DNA of 64,000 nt from Sphingomonas sp. (GCA_965248885.1 OZ252211.1:661179-725178), one strand, 5' to 3'; shown: positions 48,959 through 60,216, counted from the first letter of the stretch. Notes: generated by a model from the letters alone, not told the origin. Program-made: numbers and translations.

Positions 48959-49099
48959 ATGCGAACGCTGCTGATCCTGCTTTTTCTCGTCGGCTGCGGC
49001 GCTGCGCCTGACAAGCGACCCGGCGGTGTCACGCAGGCCGAAGCCGACGCGCTGAACGCCGCAGCCGCCCGGACCGAAGCAGACCAGGCGGGTAAGTAG
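48959..49099 (+). CDS. very small lipoprotein (46 aa, weak call)
   Basis: GAGGA RBS then MRTLLILLFLVGCGAAPDKRPGG... (lipobox LVGC). Confidence 0.3.
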   Translation: MRTLLILLFLVGCGAAPDKRPGGVTQAEADALNAAAARTEADQAGK

Positions 49100-49230
49100 C
49101 GGCGAGCGCGCAGTGCTGTACCGCGCGAGGCTGCTGGTGCTTGAAGCTGAAGTGAGTGCCTCGACTCTGCGAAATCCGGATCATCAAGCCACGCAAATCC
49201 GCCATTTCTGAGATTTATGCGCGGGGCAAG

Positions 49231-50442
49231 TCAGACAGGCACTTCGTCGTTGCGCCGCAAGGCTTCGCCCGCGAGATACAGCGACCCGACGATCAGGATC
49301 GGCGCATCATCGACTGCCATCGCAGCGACAAGCGACCCGGCGGCGCGCCCACCCCACCGTGCCGCAAGCGCTTCGGGGTCGTGGCTGTCGTGGTCGGGTA
49401 CGGCGACGAAGGTGAGGCTGAGCGCATGCGGTGCGAGCGCGGCGAGGATGCCGTCGGCGTCCTTATTAGCGAGGATGCCGAGGACGAGGTGCATCGGGCG
49501 GCGTTCGAGTTCGGCGGCGAGCGCGTGCGCCGCCGCAAGATTGTGCGCGCCGTCGATCCAGACTTTGCGCCCTTGCGTCAGCGGGCCGTCGCCGAGGCGC
49601 TGGAGCCGCGCCGGCCAGCGCGCACCGGTGACGCCCTGGCGGATTGCGCTGTCGGCCACGCCGCACAGCTGGAGCATCTGCGCCGCCAGATTGGCGTTTC
49701 GGATCTGCCAGCCACCCAGGATGCCCGGCGCGAGTTTCGCGTCGATCTGCCACTCTCGCCCCTCGAGCCACAGCGGTGCGCCTGCCGCCGCGGCGACATC
49801 GGCGATGCGCGCGGTCGCTTCGGGGGCTTGCGCGAGGGCGACGAGCGCGACGCCGCGCTTGGCGATCCCCGCTTTCTCGCCCGCGATTTCGACCAGCGTC
49901 TCGCCGAGGAAAGCCTGATGATCGATGCCGACCTGCGCAATCCCGCACACGACCGGGGTGACGACATTGGTCGCGTCCAGCCGACCGCCCAGCCCGACCT
50001 CGATCACGCAGCCATCGGCAGGCGTGCGCGCGAACGCGAGGAAGGCAGCCGCCGTCGTCGCTTCGAAAAAGCTCGGGCCGATGTCATGGGCTTGCGCCAC
50101 ATCGAGGACTTCGCCGAGCAGGGGCGCGAGCGCTGCGTCGTCGATCAGCTTGCCAGCGAGGCGGATGCGTTCGTTGAAGCTGACGAGGTGCGGGCTGGTG
50201 TAGACATGCACGCGCTGCCCGTCGGCTTCGAGCGCGGCACGCAGGAACGCGCAGGTCGATCCCTTGCCGTTGGTTCCCGCGACGTGGAACACCGGGGGCA
50301 GGTCGTGCTGCGGGTTCCCGAGCAGGTCGAGCAATGCCGTGATGCGTTCGAGGCCAAGGATGTCGCGACCCGGCGACAGCTGTGCAAAACGGTCGAGCTG
50401 CGCCTGAACTGCGGGGTCGGAAGAACGCGCGTGGTCGGGCAC
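49231..50442 (-). CDS. folC: bifunctional folylpolyglutamate synthase / dihydrofolate synthase
   Basis: 403 aa: VFHVAGTNGKGSTCAF... typical Mur-ligase/FolC motifs. Confidence 0.9.
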   Translation of the reverse strand: MPDHARSSDPAVQAQLDRFAQLSPGRDILGLERITALLDLLGNPQHDLPPVFHVAGTNGKGSTCAFLRAALEADGQRVHVYTSPHLVSFNERIRLAGKLIDDAALAPLLGEVLDVAQAHDIGPSFFEATTAAAFLAFARTPADGCVIEVGLGGRLDATNVVTPVVCGIAQVGIDHQAFLGETLVEIAGEKAGIAKRGVALVALAQAPEATARIADVAAAAGAPLWLEGREWQIDAKLAPGILGGWQIRNANLAAQMLQLCGVADSAIRQGVTGARWPARLQRLGDGPLTQGRKVWIDGAHNLAAAHALAAELERRPMHLVLGILANKDADGILAALAPHALSLTFVAVPDHDSHDPEALAARWGGRAAGSLVAAMAVDDAPILIVGSLYLAGEALRRNDEVPV

Positions 50443-50451
50443 GCGTGCGCC

Positions 50452-51300
50452 TCAGGCCGCCTTGGCTTGCGTCAGGTATCGCACGAGTTGACCCAGCGTC
50501 GCGCGTAGCTCTTTGCGTGCGACGACCATGTCGAGCATGCCGTGCTCGAGCAGATACTCGGCGCGCTGGAACCCTTCGGGCAATTTCTCGCGGATCGTCG
50601 ACTCGATCACGCGCTGCCCCGCAAAGCCGATCAGCGCGCCGGGCTCGGCGATCTGGATGTCGCCGAGCATCGCATAACTTGCGGTGACGCCGCCGGTCGT
50701 CGGGTCAGTCAGCACGACGATATAGGGCAGGCGCTCGGCGCGCAGCCGCTGGATCGCGACCGTCGTCCGCGGCATCTGCATCAGCGAGAGGATGCCTTCC
50801 TGCATGCGTGCGCCGCCAGCGGCCGTGAAAATGATGTACGGCGCGCGCGCGGTGATCGCCGCCTCGACCCCGGCCATGAATGCCGCGCCGACCGCGATCC
50901 CCATCGAGCCGCCCATGAACGCGAAGTCCTGAACCCCGACGATCGCGCGCTGTCCCTCGATATTGCCGCGTGCGGTGATCAGTGCGTCCTGCTCGCCGGT
51001 CGCGGCGCGCGCCGCCTTCAGTCGCTCGGGGTAACGCTTGGTGTCGCGGAACTTGAGCGGGTCTTCGACGACCTTGGGCGTGGTCAGCAGCGTAAAGCCC
51101 GGATCGAACAGCTGGTCGAAGCGCGCGGCGGGGCCGATCCGCCCGTGATGGTTGCACTGCGGACAAACCGACAGGTTTTCGGCATATTCGCGCGCAAAGA
51201 TCATCTGGTTGCACGAGGGGCATTTGACCCAGAGATTGTCGGGCGTCTCGCGCTTGGCGATGAAGGGGATGCGGTTGCGGACGCGGTCGAGCCAGCTCAT
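50452..51300 (-). CDS. accD: acetyl-CoA carboxylase carboxyltransferase beta subunit
   Basis: [13 protein letters not shown]... Zn-finger CPSCNQ...CPQCNHH and CT-beta core. The ORF-track N-terminal extension is discarded. Confidence 0.9.
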   Translation of the reverse strand: MSWLDRVRNRIPFIAKRETPDNLWVKCPSCNQMIFAREYAENLSVCPQCNHHGRIGPAARFDQLFDPGFTLLTTPKVVEDPLKFRDTKRYPERLKAARAATGEQDALITARGNIEGQRAIVGVQDFAFMGGSMGIAVGAAFMAGVEAAITARAPYIIFTAAGGARMQEGILSLMQMPRTTVAIQRLRAERLPYIVVLTDPTTGGVTASYAMLGDIQIAEPGALIGFAGQRVIESTIREKLPEGFQRAEYLLEHGMLDMVVARKELRATLGQLVRYLTQAKAA

Positions 51301-52076
51301 GCGGGGACTTTCGTGTGGACAGCGTCGGCGAGCGTGCGGACGTACGCCTCTACCTGCGCGGGGGCCTCGTCGCGATACCTGGCGACGAGCTCGACGATCG
51401 CCGAACCGACGACGACGCCATGGGCGACACGGGCGATCGCCGCCGCCTGTTCGGGGGTGCGCACGCCGAAGCCGACCGCGACCGGCAGGTCGGTTGCGGC
51501 CTTTAGTCGGGCGACGGCGGTCTCGATGCTCGCCTGTGCCGCCTGTTGCAGGCCGGTGATCCCTGCCACCGAGACGTAATAGAGGAACCCGCTCGCGCCA
51601 TCGAGCACGGCGGGCAGGCGCGCGGCATCGGTCGTCGGGGTGGCGAGGCGGATCGGCGCGACCCCGGCAGCGCGTAAGGGGGCGGCGAGTTCGTCCTCCT
51701 CGGGCGGCAGGTCGACGCAGATCACGCCGTCGACGCCCGCCTTGACGCACTCGGCGGCGAACCAGTCGCTGCCCCGGATCGTCATCGGGTTGGCATAGCC
51801 CATCAGGACGAGCGGCACTTGCGGGTGGCGCGCGCGGAAATCGGTGGCGAGTTTGAAGATGTCGGCGGTCTTTGTGCCCGCCGCGAGACTGCGCAGGTTC
51901 GCGGCTTGGATCGCGGGGCCGTCGGCCATCGGATCGGTGAACGGCATGCCGAGCTCGATCACATCCGCCCCACCTGCGACGAGCGAGTCGAGGATTTCGG
52001 CGGTGGGACCGTCACCTGCGGTGACGAAGGTAACGAGCGCTGGGCCGCGCGAAAAGGCTTTGGAAAGGCGGGTCAC
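51297..52076 (-). CDS. trpA: tryptophan synthase alpha chain
   Basis: 259 aa: ...[12 protein letters not shown]... [20 protein letters not shown]... typical TrpA. Confidence 0.9.
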   Translation of the reverse strand: MTRLSKAFSRGPALVTFVTAGDGPTAEILDSLVAGGADVIELGMPFTDPMADGPAIQAANLRSLAAGTKTADIFKLATDFRARHPQVPLVLMGYANPMTIRGSDWFAAECVKAGVDGVICVDLPPEEDELAAPLRAAGVAPIRLATPTTDAARLPAVLDGASGFLYYVSVAGITGLQQAAQASIETAVARLKAATDLPVAVGFGVRTPEQAAAIARVAHGVVVGSAIVELVARYRDEAPAQVEAYVRTLADAVHTKVPA

Positions 52077-52315
52077 TTCATCGAAGCAAGAACGGCGACA
52101 AGTGTTCCAATAATCGTACAGAAAAGCGTCAGGAGCCCCGCCGTGATAATACTGAGCTTGATGGTTTGCTTGTCGAGAGCTGCCTCAAGCATGTCCTTGG
52201 TAACAAGGTCGCTCGTTCCGTCGTCGATCTCTTCCGCAATTGCTTCTGCTTGTTTGCGCGTAAGTCCGGCAGCTTCAAGCCGCTGAGTCGCTGACAAGGG
52301 ATTGTACATGTTCAC
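52073..52315 (-). CDS. DUF1640-family small coiled-coil membrane protein inserted between trpB and trpA
   Basis: 80 aa: [80 protein letters not shown]. Locally lower GC than the flanking trp genes. Confidence 0.55.
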   Translation of the reverse strand: MNMYNPLSATQRLEAAGLTRKQAEAIAEEIDDGTSDLVTKDMLEAALDKQTIKLSIITAGLLTLFCTIIGTLVAVLASMK

Positions 52316-52325
52316 GTCTTGGCCA

Positions 52326-53546
52326 TCATAGCTTCACCCCCAGCGCATCCGCAACGGTGAAGATGTCCTTGTCGCCGCGCCCGCACAGGTTGACGATGAC
52401 GATCGCGTCCCTCGGCATCGCCGGCGCACGCTTGATGACGGCGGCAATCGCGTGGCTCGGTTCGAGCGCAGGGATGATCCCTTCGAGGCGACACAGGGTC
52501 TTGAACGCCTCCAGCGCCTCGACATCGGTGATGCTGTCGTATTCGACGCGGCCGATTTCCTTGAGCCACGAATGCTCTGGGCCAATCCCGGGATAATCGA
52601 GGCCCGCGCTGATCGAATGAGCCTCGGTGATCTGGCCGTCGTCGTCCTGCAGCAGGAACGTCTTGTTGCCGTGGAGGATGCCCGGCGATCCGCCCGCGAG
52701 CGACGCGGCATGTTCCTTGTCGAGGCCGTGCCCTGCTGCCTCGATGCCGAGCATCGCGACCTCGCTGTCGTCGAGGAAGGGGTGGAACAGACCGATCGCG
52801 TTCGACCCGCCGCCGATGCTCGCGATCAGCAGGTCGGGCAGGCGACCTTCGCGGGCGAGCATTTGTTCGCGCGCTTCTTTGCCAATCACGCTCTGAAAAT
52901 CGCGGACGAGCTCGGGATAAGGGTGCGGCCCCGCCGCCGTCCCGATGATGTAGAACGTGTCCTCGACGTTGGCGACCCAGTGGCGCAGCGCTTCGTTCAT
53001 CGCGTCCTTCAGCGTCGCCGAGCCGCTGGTGACCGGGACGATCTCGGCACCGAGCAGCTTCATCCGGAACACGTTTGGCGACTGCCGCTCGACATCGCGA
53101 GCACCCATAAAGATCGTGCACGGCAGCCCGAAGCGCGCGGCGACGGTCGCAGTGGCAACGCCGTGCTGGCCCGCGCCGGTTTCGGCGATGATCTTCGTCT
53201 TGCCCATCCGTATCGCGAGCAGGATCTGGCCGATGCAATTGTTGATCTTGTGCGCGCCGGTGTGGTTCAGCTCGTCGCGCTTGAAATAGATTTTCGCGCC
53301 GCCCAGCTCGGCCGTCAGCCGCTCGGCGAAATACAGCGGACTCGGGCGCCCGACATAATGTTCGAGCAGGTCGTCGAATTGTGCCGCGAACGCCGGGTCG
53401 GCCTTGGCCGCACGATACTCGCGGTCGAGGTCGAGGACGAGCGGCATCAGCGTTTCGGCAACATAGCGTCCGCCGAACTGGCCGAAATGCCCGCGGTCGT
53501 CGGGTTGTGCGCGCAGGGTGTTGGGTCGTTCGATCTGGGCGGTCAT
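52326..53546 (-). CDS. trpB: tryptophan synthase beta chain
   Basis: 406 aa: ...[14 protein letters not shown]... HTGAHKINN... GGGSNAIG..., full-length TrpB. Confidence 0.95.
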   Translation of the reverse strand: MTAQIERPNTLRAQPDDRGHFGQFGGRYVAETLMPLVLDLDREYRAAKADPAFAAQFDDLLEHYVGRPSPLYFAERLTAELGGAKIYFKRDELNHTGAHKINNCIGQILLAIRMGKTKIIAETGAGQHGVATATVAARFGLPCTIFMGARDVERQSPNVFRMKLLGAEIVPVTSGSATLKDAMNEALRHWVANVEDTFYIIGTAAGPHPYPELVRDFQSVIGKEAREQMLAREGRLPDLLIASIGGGSNAIGLFHPFLDDSEVAMLGIEAAGHGLDKEHAASLAGGSPGILHGNKTFLLQDDDGQITEAHSISAGLDYPGIGPEHSWLKEIGRVEYDSITDVEALEAFKTLCRLEGIIPALEPSHAIAAVIKRAPAMPRDAIVIVNLCGRGDKDIFTVADALGVKL

Positions 53547-54181
53547 GATGACGCGGCCTTAAGGAAGGCAGCGATCTTGTCCACATCCTTGACGCCCGGC
53601 CCCGACTCGACTCCCGACGACACATCGACAAGCGGTGCGCTGGTGATGCGCAGCGCCTCGCCGAGATTGTCTGGCGTCAGCCCCCCCGACAGCCCCCAGG
53701 GCAGCGGGTGTCGGTATCCGCCGAGCAGCGTCCAGTCGAAGCGAAGCCCGTTGCCGCCGGGCATGTCTGCTCCGGGCGCGGGCTTGGCATCATAGAGGAT
53801 CATCGACGCCGCGCCGCGGTAGCGCGCGCCCGCGTCGCGATCCGCGGCGGTGCGCACGGGGATGGCCTTCCAGACCTCGATCGCGTGGCGTTTGGCGATC
53901 CCGGCGACGGTGTCGGGCGTTTCTTCGCCATGAAGCTGGAGAATGTCGATGCGCACGGTCGACAGGATGCGATCAAGGTCACCGGGCGAGGGATCGACGA
54001 ACAGGCCGACGGATTTGACGTGCGACGGCACGCGCGCGGCGAGCGACGCGGCCTGATCGGGCGACAGATTGCGCGGGCTCTTGGCGAAGAACACGAAGCC
54101 GACGTGCGACGCGCCGCCCGCAAGCGCCGCGTCGAGGGTTTCAGGCGTCGATAGACCGCAAATTTTAACAAGCATCGGCAA
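53543..54181 (-). CDS. trpF: phosphoribosylanthranilate isomerase
   Basis: 212 aa: [29 protein letters not shown]... typical TrpF. Confidence 0.85.
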   Translation of the reverse strand: MPMLVKICGLSTPETLDAALAGGASHVGFVFFAKSPRNLSPDQAASLAARVPSHVKSVGLFVDPSPGDLDRILSTVRIDILQLHGEETPDTVAGIAKRHAIEVWKAIPVRTAADRDAGARYRGAASMILYDAKPAPGADMPGGNGLRFDWTLLGGYRHPLPWGLSGGLTPDNLGEALRITSAPLVDVSSGVESGPGVKDVDKIAAFLKAASS

Positions 54182-54184
54182 CCG

Positions 54185-54766
54185 CTAGGACAGGCACGAT
54201 TCGTCGGGGGGATACGCGCTTGCGCCGAGGTCGCGACGCGCCATGGTCAACAGGCGGGTAGCGTCATCGGCGGCGCGTAATCTGACGGCCTTGTTCAGCG
54301 CCTGTACCAGTGCGCCGCTGCAGGTACCCATGTCCCTCATCGCGCCGAGCAGCGCAGTCCGCCGCCCATCAGCCAGTTCGCGCGCAGGCGGTTCGTTGGG
54401 TAGCGCGTCTGGTAGCCTTCCCGTCGGACTGAAGATCGCCTCGGTCACGCCGCCCGCGATCTTCGCCGCGGCTCCCCAGCGCCGCGTCTGATAATTCAGC
54501 ATGTATTTCTCACCGTACACCCCGAAAGCCGCCACCGTCGCCGCTGCTTCTTTCTCCGAAAGTCCTGCTTCAGCAAGCCAAGCGGGCAATTGTGTCACGC
54601 GCGCACCAGGAGCAATCACCGCAGGCGCGACGGCGAGGAGGCGAACATTGGAAGGCAATATATTATAGGCCGCGACGGCCTTCGCAAGCGTTGCATCCTT
54701 GGCGCTTGCTACCGTGGTCATTGCCAGCAAGATCGCTCCGAGAACGGCTTTGTTTCGAATCATCAT
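54185..54766 (-). CDS. hypothetical secreted protein
   Basis: Signal peptide MMIRNKAVLGAILLAMTTVASA, 193 aa, no recognised family. Confidence 0.45.
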   Translation of the reverse strand: MMIRNKAVLGAILLAMTTVASAKDATLAKAVAAYNILPSNVRLLAVAPAVIAPGARVTQLPAWLAEAGLSEKEAAATVAAFGVYGEKYMLNYQTRRWGAAAKIAGGVTEAIFSPTGRLPDALPNEPPARELADGRRTALLGAMRDMGTCSGALVQALNKAVRLRAADDATRLLTMARRDLGASAYPPDESCLS

Positions 54767-54790
54767 TCGCTCCTGACAAACTGGCCTTTG

Positions 54791-55465
54791 TTACAACGTG
54801 GCTTCGATTGCGCGGACTGCTGCATCCGGGTCTGCCGCCTGTGTGATCGGTCGGCCCACGACAAGGATCGTTGCTCCTGCGTCGAGCGCGGCGCGCGGCG
54901 TTACCACGCGCTTCTGGTCACCGAGCGTGCTGTCGGCAGGGCGGACGCCGGGAACGACGAAGAAGCCGAGCGGCCACAGCTTGTGCGCGGCGGCGACTTC
55001 GGCACCCGAACACACCACGCCGTCGAGCCCGGCCTCGCGCGCGGCGTGCGTGAGGCGCATGACCTGGTCGTGCGCGCTGCCGCTCACGCCCGCCGCCGCG
55101 AGGTCGGCGGCGTCGAGGCTGGTCAGCACTGTCACCCCGACGACGCGCGTTCCCGTGGGCGCGGCTGCCTTGGCATCCTCCATCATCGCGCGCCCGCCGG
55201 CGGCATGGACCGTCAGGATTGCCGGGTTGAGCGGACGCAACGCCTGCACGGCCTTGGCGACCGTGTTGGGAATGTCGTGCAGCTTCAGGTCGAGAAAGAT
55301 CGGCAGCCCCAGCCCCGCCATCGTCCGCACCCCCGCGCGCCCGTTGGCGGAAAAGAATTCGAGGCCGAGCTTGATTCCGCCGACATGACGGCGGACGCGC
55401 GCCACGATGTCCTTGGCGCGCTCGAGTTCGGGCGTGTCGATCGCGACCCAGATCGGGCTGGTCAT
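54791..55465 (-). CDS. pyrF: orotidine 5'-phosphate decarboxylase
   Basis: Start MTSPIWVAIDTPELERAKDIV..., with DLKLHDIPNTV and LTVHAAGG motifs. The ORF-track N-terminal extension is discarded. Confidence 0.9.
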   Translation of the reverse strand: MTSPIWVAIDTPELERAKDIVARVRRHVGGIKLGLEFFSANGRAGVRTMAGLGLPIFLDLKLHDIPNTVAKAVQALRPLNPAILTVHAAGGRAMMEDAKAAAPTGTRVVGVTVLTSLDAADLAAAGVSGSAHDQVMRLTHAAREAGLDGVVCSGAEVAAAHKLWPLGFFVVPGVRPADSTLGDQKRVVTPRAALDAGATILVVGRPITQAADPDAAVRAIEATL

Positions 55466-55806
55466 GGCGTCGCGGCGTAATTGGGGGGCATAGGGTCGGC
55501 GACAACGGGCACGGGCGGATTGGTGGGCGAAGGCGCCGTTGGCGGCGCGGGACTTGCGACCTGAACGTCGGTCAGCGCGCGCTGCACGGTGTCGAGGCGA
55601 CGGCGCAGGCTCCAGCGCGTCGCGCGGTGGAGGATCAGCATCGGCACGAGCCCAAGCAGGAAGGTGAGGACGAGCAGCACCGGCAGCCGCGTATCGACGA
55701 CAATATCGCCCCACAGCCTGACCGTGACCAGCGTCCAGTTGGCGAGCGAGAAGATGACGCCGGCAACGGCCAGAACCACCCAGAAAATGGTGCGCAGGAA
55801 CTGCAT
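55462..55806 (-). CDS. lapA: LapA-family (DUF1049) small inner-membrane protein
   Basis: Start MQFLRTIFWVVLAVAGVIFSLANWTLVTVRLWGDIVVDTRLPVLLVLTFLLGLVPMLI (two TM helices). Immediately upstream of pyrF, as in lapAB-pyrF synteny. Confidence 0.6.
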   Translation of the reverse strand: MQFLRTIFWVVLAVAGVIFSLANWTLVTVRLWGDIVVDTRLPVLLVLTFLLGLVPMLILHRATRWSLRRRLDTVQRALTDVQVASPAPPTAPSPTNPPVPVVADPMPPNYAATP

Positions 55807-55835
55807 CGGATCGCCCTCGCTCCTTCGGTTGGCGA

Positions 55836-58043
55836 TCAGTCTATGCCGCCCGCGCCGGCATTGCCAGCCATCGCGGCAATACGTTGGCGAAGCGTCGCGA
55901 TCAGCGGTGCGATGTGCGTCAGCCGCAACGCCTCGCTGTCGACGATCGCTGTGAAAACCGCACTCTTTATCGCGACGACTTCGCCGGGCGACAGGCTGCC
56001 CGGCGGGACCGTCGAGGCGACGATGTCGATCATGCGCTCGGCGCCGTGCAGCCGACCCCACAGATAGTCGTTCTCGCGATAGGCGCGCGCGAAGAACGCG
56101 CCGAAATTGTTGAACTGAATGCCCTTCAGCGGTGGGCTGTCGCCCGCGAGCGAGCGCGCGTCGTCAGGGGCGATGCGATCGACCTTGACCGGATCGAACT
56201 CGTCGAAACCCTCGCCCTGCAGCAGGGCATAAGTCGCGACGTCGTAGAAAGCGAAGCCGAGATAGGCGAAGAGCGGCTCGCGGCGGCGTTCGCGCGGCAG
56301 CCCCGCGATCGCGGTCGCGAGTGCCGCATCGGTCGCTCCGTCGAGCGCGCGCAGGTTCCAGCGGCGCGCCAGCAGATCGGGCACGTCGGCGGGATCGCTC
56401 GCGACGATCGTCCCGCCGAAGCGTGAAGACTGGCGCTCGATATAGGCGGCGAGCGAGGCATAGACGGCCGCGAGCACGGGTTCGAACGCCGCCTCGCCCT
56501 CTGCCGCGAGCCGACGCGCGACGAAGCGCAGGCGGCGGATGCGCGTCGCGAGGTCGAGCGCACCGATGTCGGTCATCGTCGCGATCTGGCTTTCGAGTGC
56601 GGCGCGCGGCTGGTCGCTGGCGCGCGCCGCCGCGTCGACGATCGTCGCGCGAACGAGCGCGCGATAGGCGAGCGCACCGAAACCGGCCTGCGTCAGCGCG
56701 GTGGTCTCGGCACGGATCCGCCAGCTGCCCAGCCGTGCGGCCGTTGGCCGGTCGAGGAACATGGTCCGCCCGAACAGCGCCTCGACTGCGGCCTCGACCT
56801 GCGGGCGAAGGTTGGCGACGATGCCGCGCGTCCGCTCGACGCGCGCGCTGTGCGCGGCGATCGCCTCGAGATTGTCGCGGATCGGCTGCTCGCGCGGAAT
56901 GTCCGACAGTGCGGCGAACAGCGTCGTGAAAAAGCCCGGGACGTCGCCGTTCCTGCCGGCGGTCAGCTTGACCGCGCGGCTGCCCGGCTTGGGGTCGATA
57001 TAGACGAAGCGCCGGTCGACCGCGCGGCGGGCAGGCCGATCGCGCAGCGCCTCGATCGCGGGCCGGAACGGCGCGTTGGCGAGGACCGACCCGTCGATCA
57101 GCACCGTCCGCTCGGCCGCACCGACCGAGGCCTGCCGCGGCAGGATGCGCGCGAGGAAATCGTCGCGCCCCGGCCAGCCGCGCGCGTCCTCGGCAAGCAC
57201 GCGGTCGAGCTCGGCGACCTTGAAGGGCGCAAACGCTCCCGGAAAGCTCGCGGTCGCGCGCGCCGCGAGCACGAGCCCTGCAACATGGCCGAGCGCGGTG
57301 TCGTCGCCCGGCGCGTCGCGGAACGACAGGGTCAGCCGATGCTCGTTCTCGACGATGCTCGGCGGCGAATGCAGCGGCAGCGCCTCGGGATGACCGGTGA
57401 AGTCGGTAACGCTGACGAACAGGTCGAGCGGCTGTTCGGCGGGCAGCAGCCGCGCGCCCGATGGCCCCACGCGCATCGCATCGAAGGCCGAGAGCAGCAG
57501 CCGGTCGAAATTGGCGCCGCCGAAGGGTGGTTCGAACCAGCGCGCGCGGACGAGGCGCGTGAGCTTGTCGTCGATCTCTTCGCGCACCGCGGGATCGGCT
57601 TCCTCATCGCGCAGCGCCTCCTGCCGTCCGGCGAACGCACGCGCGAGCGGACCCGCCCACAGCCGCGAGAAGCGCGACGGCGCGCGGCTGTCGCGGTCGA
57701 GCAACGCCTCGACATCGGCATGGTCGAGCCACAATGCGGTCAGCGGGTCGAGCGACTGTCCGCTCGCGATCGCCTGCGCAAGGAAGACCGCGTTGATGCC
57801 GCCCGCCGAAGCCCCGGCAAGGATATCGGCAAGCACGCGCACCCTTGTCCCCGACGCCGCCTCGATCCGGGCGAGCAGATCGGCATAGACCTCCTCGAGC
57901 GCGTTTGCAGGCGGCGTGCCGTCGTGCGCGGCGCGGCTGGCGCGGACGAGGTGCCACACCTCCTTGGTGATGCCATGCATATAAACCGCCAGGCTGATCC
58001 CGCCGTAGCAGATCAGCGCCAGCCGGAGTTCCATTTCGCGCAT
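55836..58043 (-). CDS. patatin-like phospholipase family protein with a large C-terminal extension
   Basis: LALICYGGISLAVYMHG and GASAGGINAV (GxSxG) motifs. ~735 aa. Start at ATG 58043 or 58034. Confidence 0.8.
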   Translation of the reverse strand: MREMELRLALICYGGISLAVYMHGITKEVWHLVRASRAAHDGTPPANALEEVYADLLARIEAASGTRVRVLADILAGASAGGINAVFLAQAIASGQSLDPLTALWLDHADVEALLDRDSRAPSRFSRLWAGPLARAFAGRQEALRDEEADPAVREEIDDKLTRLVRARWFEPPFGGANFDRLLLSAFDAMRVGPSGARLLPAEQPLDLFVSVTDFTGHPEALPLHSPPSIVENEHRLTLSFRDAPGDDTALGHVAGLVLAARATASFPGAFAPFKVAELDRVLAEDARGWPGRDDFLARILPRQASVGAAERTVLIDGSVLANAPFRPAIEALRDRPARRAVDRRFVYIDPKPGSRAVKLTAGRNGDVPGFFTTLFAALSDIPREQPIRDNLEAIAAHSARVERTRGIVANLRPQVEAAVEALFGRTMFLDRPTAARLGSWRIRAETTALTQAGFGALAYRALVRATIVDAAARASDQPRAALESQIATMTDIGALDLATRIRRLRFVARRLAAEGEAAFEPVLAAVYASLAAYIERQSSRFGGTIVASDPADVPDLLARRWNLRALDGATDAALATAIAGLPRERRREPLFAYLGFAFYDVATYALLQGEGFDEFDPVKVDRIAPDDARSLAGDSPPLKGIQFNNFGAFFARAYRENDYLWGRLHGAERMIDIVASTVPPGSLSPGEVVAIKSAVFTAIVDSEALRLTHIAPLIATLRQRIAAMAGNAGAGGID

Positions 58044-58369
58044 GCCGCTTTGTGCCACGATGCCGCACGGCGACAAACCCGAATTCTTGGGGAGCGTTGG
58101 TTTGGCAGGCCAGCGAGTCGCGCCGACGGGTGCAGCGGCCGCGGCTTGAGCGCGCGTGGCCGAAAATGGCGGTTTGGCGTGCGTAGACTTCGCACACTTC
58201 GCACGGTCGAGAGATCCGTCGCTGCGTCGACGGTCCCACCGGTGAGGGCTGCACGGCGAAGGCGGCGGGGCGCATGCCGCATGCTTAGGCTTCCTAACAG
58301 CGTGTAGGACATCCGCGCGAAGCGGCCGCGTTGACGGTCGCTTTACCTGAGCAGGGCTAACGCCCCGGC

Positions 58370-59332
58370 ATGGCCTGGATCACGCAAGAGGGTGAACGGA
58401 TCGCGGGCGCGTTGCTCTCGCCGGGTTCGTTGCTGTCGATCTGGTCGCTGCTTGCCGCGCTGATGATCGCGAGCGCGGCGGCGCTGGCGCGGCGGCGGGG
58501 GCGGGGGGTCGCGGTCCGCGCCTTGATCCGCGCGGTGCTGCCGCACCGCTGGTGGCGCTCGGCGTCGGGGCGGACCGACATCGCCTTTACGCTGTTCTCG
58601 GTGTTGTTCAGCGGGACGCTGTTCGCGGGGACGATCGCGTCGCATCTCGCGATTGCCGATGCGACCGGCGGGATGTTCGCAACGACGCACGCGCTGGTTC
58701 CGCGCGGCTTCGGGGTCGCGCTGACGACCGTCGCGCTGTGGTTGGCCTATGAGGCGGCCTATTTCGTGCAGCATTACGCCTGCCACAAGCTGCCTTTCCT
58801 CTGGCAGTTCCACCGCGTTCATCACAGCGCCGAAAGCCTGTCGCCGCTGACGGTGTTCCGCGTCCATCCGGTCGACTCGATCCTGTTCTACAATGCGGTC
58901 GCGCTGTTCACCGGCGTTGCAGCGGGGCTGATGCGGCAGGTGACGGGGCCGGGTCTGGCGCCCCTGATGGTCGGGGGCAGCAACATGATGGTTGTCGCCG
59001 GGCTGTTCACGATCAAGCACCTCCAGCATTCGCACAGCTGGATCGGCTGGCGCGGCGCATGGGCGAAACTGGTCATCAGCCCCGCCGCACACCAGCTCCA
59101 CCATTCGTCGGCCCCCGAGCATCACGACCGCAATTTCGGCGCGACGCTCGGGCTGTTCGACTGGCTGGCGGGGACGCTGACCGAACCGGCGCGCGCGCGA
59201 CCCCGGCTGACCTTCGGCGTCGAAGGCTTGCGCGATCCGCACGGCATTTATGGCACCACGCTCGCGCCCGTCGTCGATGCGGGCGCGATGCTGGTGCCCG
59301 CCGTTCAGCCCTCGCTTGCGACCGGCGGGTAA
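58370..59332 (+). CDS. fatty-acid hydroxylase / sterol-desaturase superfamily membrane protein
   Basis: His boxes HYACHK, HRVHHSAE and HQLHHS, with multiple TM helices. Confidence 0.75.
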   Translation: MAWITQEGERIAGALLSPGSLLSIWSLLAALMIASAAALARRRGRGVAVRALIRAVLPHRWWRSASGRTDIAFTLFSVLFSGTLFAGTIASHLAIADATGGMFATTHALVPRGFGVALTTVALWLAYEAAYFVQHYACHKLPFLWQFHRVHHSAESLSPLTVFRVHPVDSILFYNAVALFTGVAAGLMRQVTGPGLAPLMVGGSNMMVVAGLFTIKHLQHSHSWIGWRGAWAKLVISPAAHQLHHSSAPEHHDRNFGATLGLFDWLAGTLTEPARARPRLTFGVEGLRDPHGIYGTTLAPVVDAGAMLVPAVQPSLATGG

Positions 59333-60216
59333 CGCCGCGCCTTGCCGCGCGCGAAGCGCCGCCAGATCACCCACGCGATGCCGCCGAGGATCGCCCATGG
59401 CAGCAGCGCGCCGAATGCGACGATGAACAGCCCGAGCATCGTCGTGAACGCGCCCCACGACGAGCCCATCGCCTCGCGCAGCGGCGAGGTGTCGCTGAAC
59501 CCGGGGATCACGCTGCCCGAACCATAGGTCATCACCATCGGCGTGGTGGCGAGCGACGCGAGCGCCTCGCTGCGCGTCTGCGACGCCCCGCGAATCCGCG
59601 TGCGCAATTCGGCAGCCTGTTGTTCGAGGTCGGAACGGTTGGGGTCGTTGGCGCGCAACCCGGCGAGCCGCGCTTCGATCGTCTTTAGCTGCGCCTGGAG
59701 CGTCGCGCTGTCGCGCGTGCTTGCCTCGATCGTCGCGCCGGCGTCGACGCCGGTGATCTCGCTGTCGACGAGCATACCGCTGGCGCGCGTCACGCCGGCG
59801 TTCGCGTCCTTGCCGAACTGGCGCGCGATCGCGGGGTCGAGCTTGAATTCAAGCATCGCCGAAATGTCGGTTTCGTTCTCGAGGCGATACCGCATGCCGG
59901 TGATGCGGCAGCGATCGATGCCGAGCTTTTCGCACATCTGCGCATGTTCCTCCTGCACCGCCGCGATCTTGGCGTTGGGCAGGCGAAAGGCGTAGCGATA
60001 GTTGAACGCCACGCCCGGCGCAGCGGTCGGCGCGATGCCGCCGCCGGCGGCGTCACCTGCGACGACGCCGGGGGGTGCGACCCTTGCCTGGGGTGAAGAC
60101 ATTGGCGACGAAGGTTCCTCGCGCACATCGAATTGGCGCACATCGCGCTCTTCGTTGCGGGGCGCCTTGCTGCAGGCGGACAGGGCGATGAGTGAAGCGA
60201 GCAGGACACGACGCAT
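59305..60216 (-). CDS. DUF4349-family lipoprotein
   Basis: Start MRRVLLASLIALSACS (lipobox), coiled-coil middle region and a C-terminal TM helix. The ORF-track N-terminal extension is discarded. Confidence 0.55.
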   Translation of the reverse strand: MRRVLLASLIALSACSKAPRNEERDVRQFDVREEPSSPMSSPQARVAPPGVVAGDAAGGGIAPTAAPGVAFNYRYAFRLPNAKIAAVQEEHAQMCEKLGIDRCRITGMRYRLENETDISAMLEFKLDPAIARQFGKDANAGVTRASGMLVDSEITGVDAGATIEASTRDSATLQAQLKTIEARLAGLRANDPNRSDLEQQAAELRTRIRGASQTRSEALASLATTPMVMTYGSGSVIPGFSDTSPLREAMGSSWGAFTTMLGLFIVAFGALLPWAILGGIAWVIWRRFARGKARRYPPVASEG

